This document shows positions 62,650-64,000 of a stretch of 64,000 nucleotides of DNA, one piece after another. The first letter of the stretch is position 1. The number at the start of each line of letters is the position of its first letter. A program made the position numbers and the translations under genes. This DNA is from Eubacteriales bacterium (lineage in GTDB: Bacteria > Bacillota > Clostridia > Oscillospirales > CAG-272). The stretch lies in NCBI GenBank assembly GCA_045127455.1, contig JBGVQK010000044.1, positions 24,158 to 88,157 of the forward strand, written 5' to 3'. The notes under the pieces were generated by a model, which was not told the origin of the DNA, did not search any database, and saw only the letters and a list, made by a program, of their open reading frames with translations.

Positions 62650-62667
62650 ACGAGAAAGGAGAAGACC

Positions 62668-64000
62668 ATGAAGGATTTTGTGCATTTGCATTTGCATACC
62701 GAATATAGCCTGCTTGACGGTGCGTGTCGCATAGCCGACCTGCCCGAAAGAGTAAAAGAGTGCGGACAGAACGCAGTTGCCATTACCGACCACGGCGTTA
62801 TGTATGGCGTTATCGACTTTTACCGCACTTGCAAAAAAGCGGGCGTTAAGCCCATTATCGGCTGTGAGGTCTACGTTGCTCCCGATTCCCGTTTCACCAA
62901 GCTCAACGCAGGGGAAGGGTATGCCGAGCACCTGGTGCTCCTTTGCGAAAATATGCAGGGATACCGCAACCTGGTCGAGCTCGTTTCGCGTTCCTTTACC
63001 GAAGGCTTTTATAACCGTCCGCGCGTTGACGATGAGCTTTTGCGTCAGTATTCGGGCGGTCTTATCGCACTTTCCGCTTGCCTTGGCGGACGCATTCCAA
63101 AGCTCCTTTCCAAGGGAGACTTTGCCGCCGCAAAAGAGAATGCAACGAAGTATGCAAGCATTTTTGGAAAAGACCATTACTACATTGAAATTCAAGACCA
63201 CGGTCTCGCTGAAGAGCGTGCGGTCCTTCCTCGCCTTGTTAAATTGGCACAGGAATGTGAACTTCCCTTAGTTGCCACAAACGACTGCCACTATCTGCGC
63301 CGCCAGGATGCCGACACGCAAGCGGTGCTGATGTGCGTGCAGACCAACACCACCGTTGATGCAGGTCGCCCCGCGGCATTTGCAACCAACGATTTTTACG
63401 TCAAGGATAGCACCGAGATGTCGCTTTTGTTCCGTGCCTATCCCGAAGCGATTGAAAACACCGTCAAAATTGCCGATATGTGCGCGGTAGAGTTTGATTT
63501 TGATACACAGTATCTGCCAAAATTCCCGTGCCCCGACAAGAAGAGTGCAGAGGAATATTTGCGCGAATTGACCGAAAAAGGATTTCGAGATCGCATCGCG
63601 CGCGGACACATCACCTTTTTGGAGCACACCGAAGAGGATTATCGCGCACGCCTCTCTTACGAGCTTGGCGTCATTTCCGAAATGGGCTTTGCCGACTACT
63701 TCCTTATCGTTCAAGACTACGTCAACTATGCAAAAGGCAAGGATATCCCCGTAGGACCCGGGCGTGGCTCGGGAGCCGGCAGCCTTGTCGCTTATGCGCT
63801 GGGCATCACCGACGTGGATTCCATTCGTTTTGATCTGCTCTTTGAGCGTTTCCTTAACCCCGAACGCGTTACCATGCCCGATATCGACGTCGATTTTTGC
63901 TATAACCGCCGCGACGAGGTGATCGAATACGTCACACGCAAATACGGTGCCGACCACGTTTCTCAAATCATCACGTTTGGCACAATGGCGGCAAGAGCAT
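62668..64000 (+). CDS. dnaE: DNA polymerase III alpha subunit, N-terminal part (runs off the right edge)
   Basis: My translation from the ATG at 62668 (AAAGGAGAAG RBS) is [52 protein letters not shown]...GCEVYVAP...[10 protein letters not shown], which is the PHP domain. It is open to the end of the window. Confidence 0.95.
   Translation, partial: MKDFVHLHLHTEYSLLDGACRIADLPERVKECGQNAVAITDHGVMYGVIDFYRTCKKAGVKPIIGCEVYVAPDSRFTKLNAGEGYAEHLVLLCENMQGYRNLVELVSRSFTEGFYNRPRVDDELLRQYSGGLIALSACLGGRIPKLLSKGDFAAAKENATKYASIFGKDHYYIEIQDHGLAEERAVLPRLVKLAQECELPLVATNDCHYLRRQDADTQAVLMCVQTNTTVDAGRPAAFATNDFYVKDSTEMSLLFRAYPEAIENTVKIADMCAVEFDFDTQYLPKFPCPDKKSAEEYLRELTEKGFRDRIARGHITFLEHTEEDYRARLSYELGVISEMGFADYFLIVQDYVNYAKGKDIPVGPGRGSGAGSLVAYALGITDVDSIRFDLLFERFLNPERVTMPDIDVDFCYNRRDEVIEYVTRKYGADHVSQIITFGTMAARA

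Overview
This is a chromosomal segment from a spore-forming Clostridia-type Firmicute (cotJA/B/C, spoVAD/AE and whiA are present). G+C is roughly 50% on the lines I counted. I support about 62 protein-coding genes and 5 tRNAs: a His-Arg-Gly operon and two divergent tRNA-Leu genes. I see no rRNA, CRISPR array, transposase or integrase. The right third (49.9-64 kb) is core housekeeping: hom, a type IIA topoisomerase A subunit, sua5/tsaC, prfA, an M18 aminopeptidase, an SLT lytic transglycosylase, coaE, a Gfo/Idh/MocA oxidoreductase, murB, whiA and the 5' part of dnaE. The rest mixes sporulation genes, several lipoproteins (NPCBM-like, SH3b, LRR, DUF4886-like), a glycyl-radical enzyme plus activase, a GH20/HAD/YdcF cluster, and small accessory patches. 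The items most worth a second look are listed here. (1) A 1.6-kb AT-rich two-gene cassette lies beside tRNA-Leu(GAG). It holds an atypical N-terminal-HTH 362-aa protein, an unannotated 55-aa ORF, three TGTACGCA repeats phased at exactly 20 bp, and a terminator, and it is bracketed by an 8-bp direct repeat. (2) Two adjacent modular hairpin-rich elements lie downstream of spoVAE, and their 56-bp cores are inverted relative to each other between short inverted repeats. (3) A compact (662 aa) glycyl-radical enzyme sits with its activase. (4) A promoter, 7-bp closing helix and terminator form a leader upstream of an NCS2 nucleobase permease, and I could not match it to riboswitch classes I remember. 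(5) Several dispersed repeat families are present, including a 3-copy EcoRI-centred palindrome that delimits an accessory patch. All homology calls come from motif recognition by eye, not from database searches.
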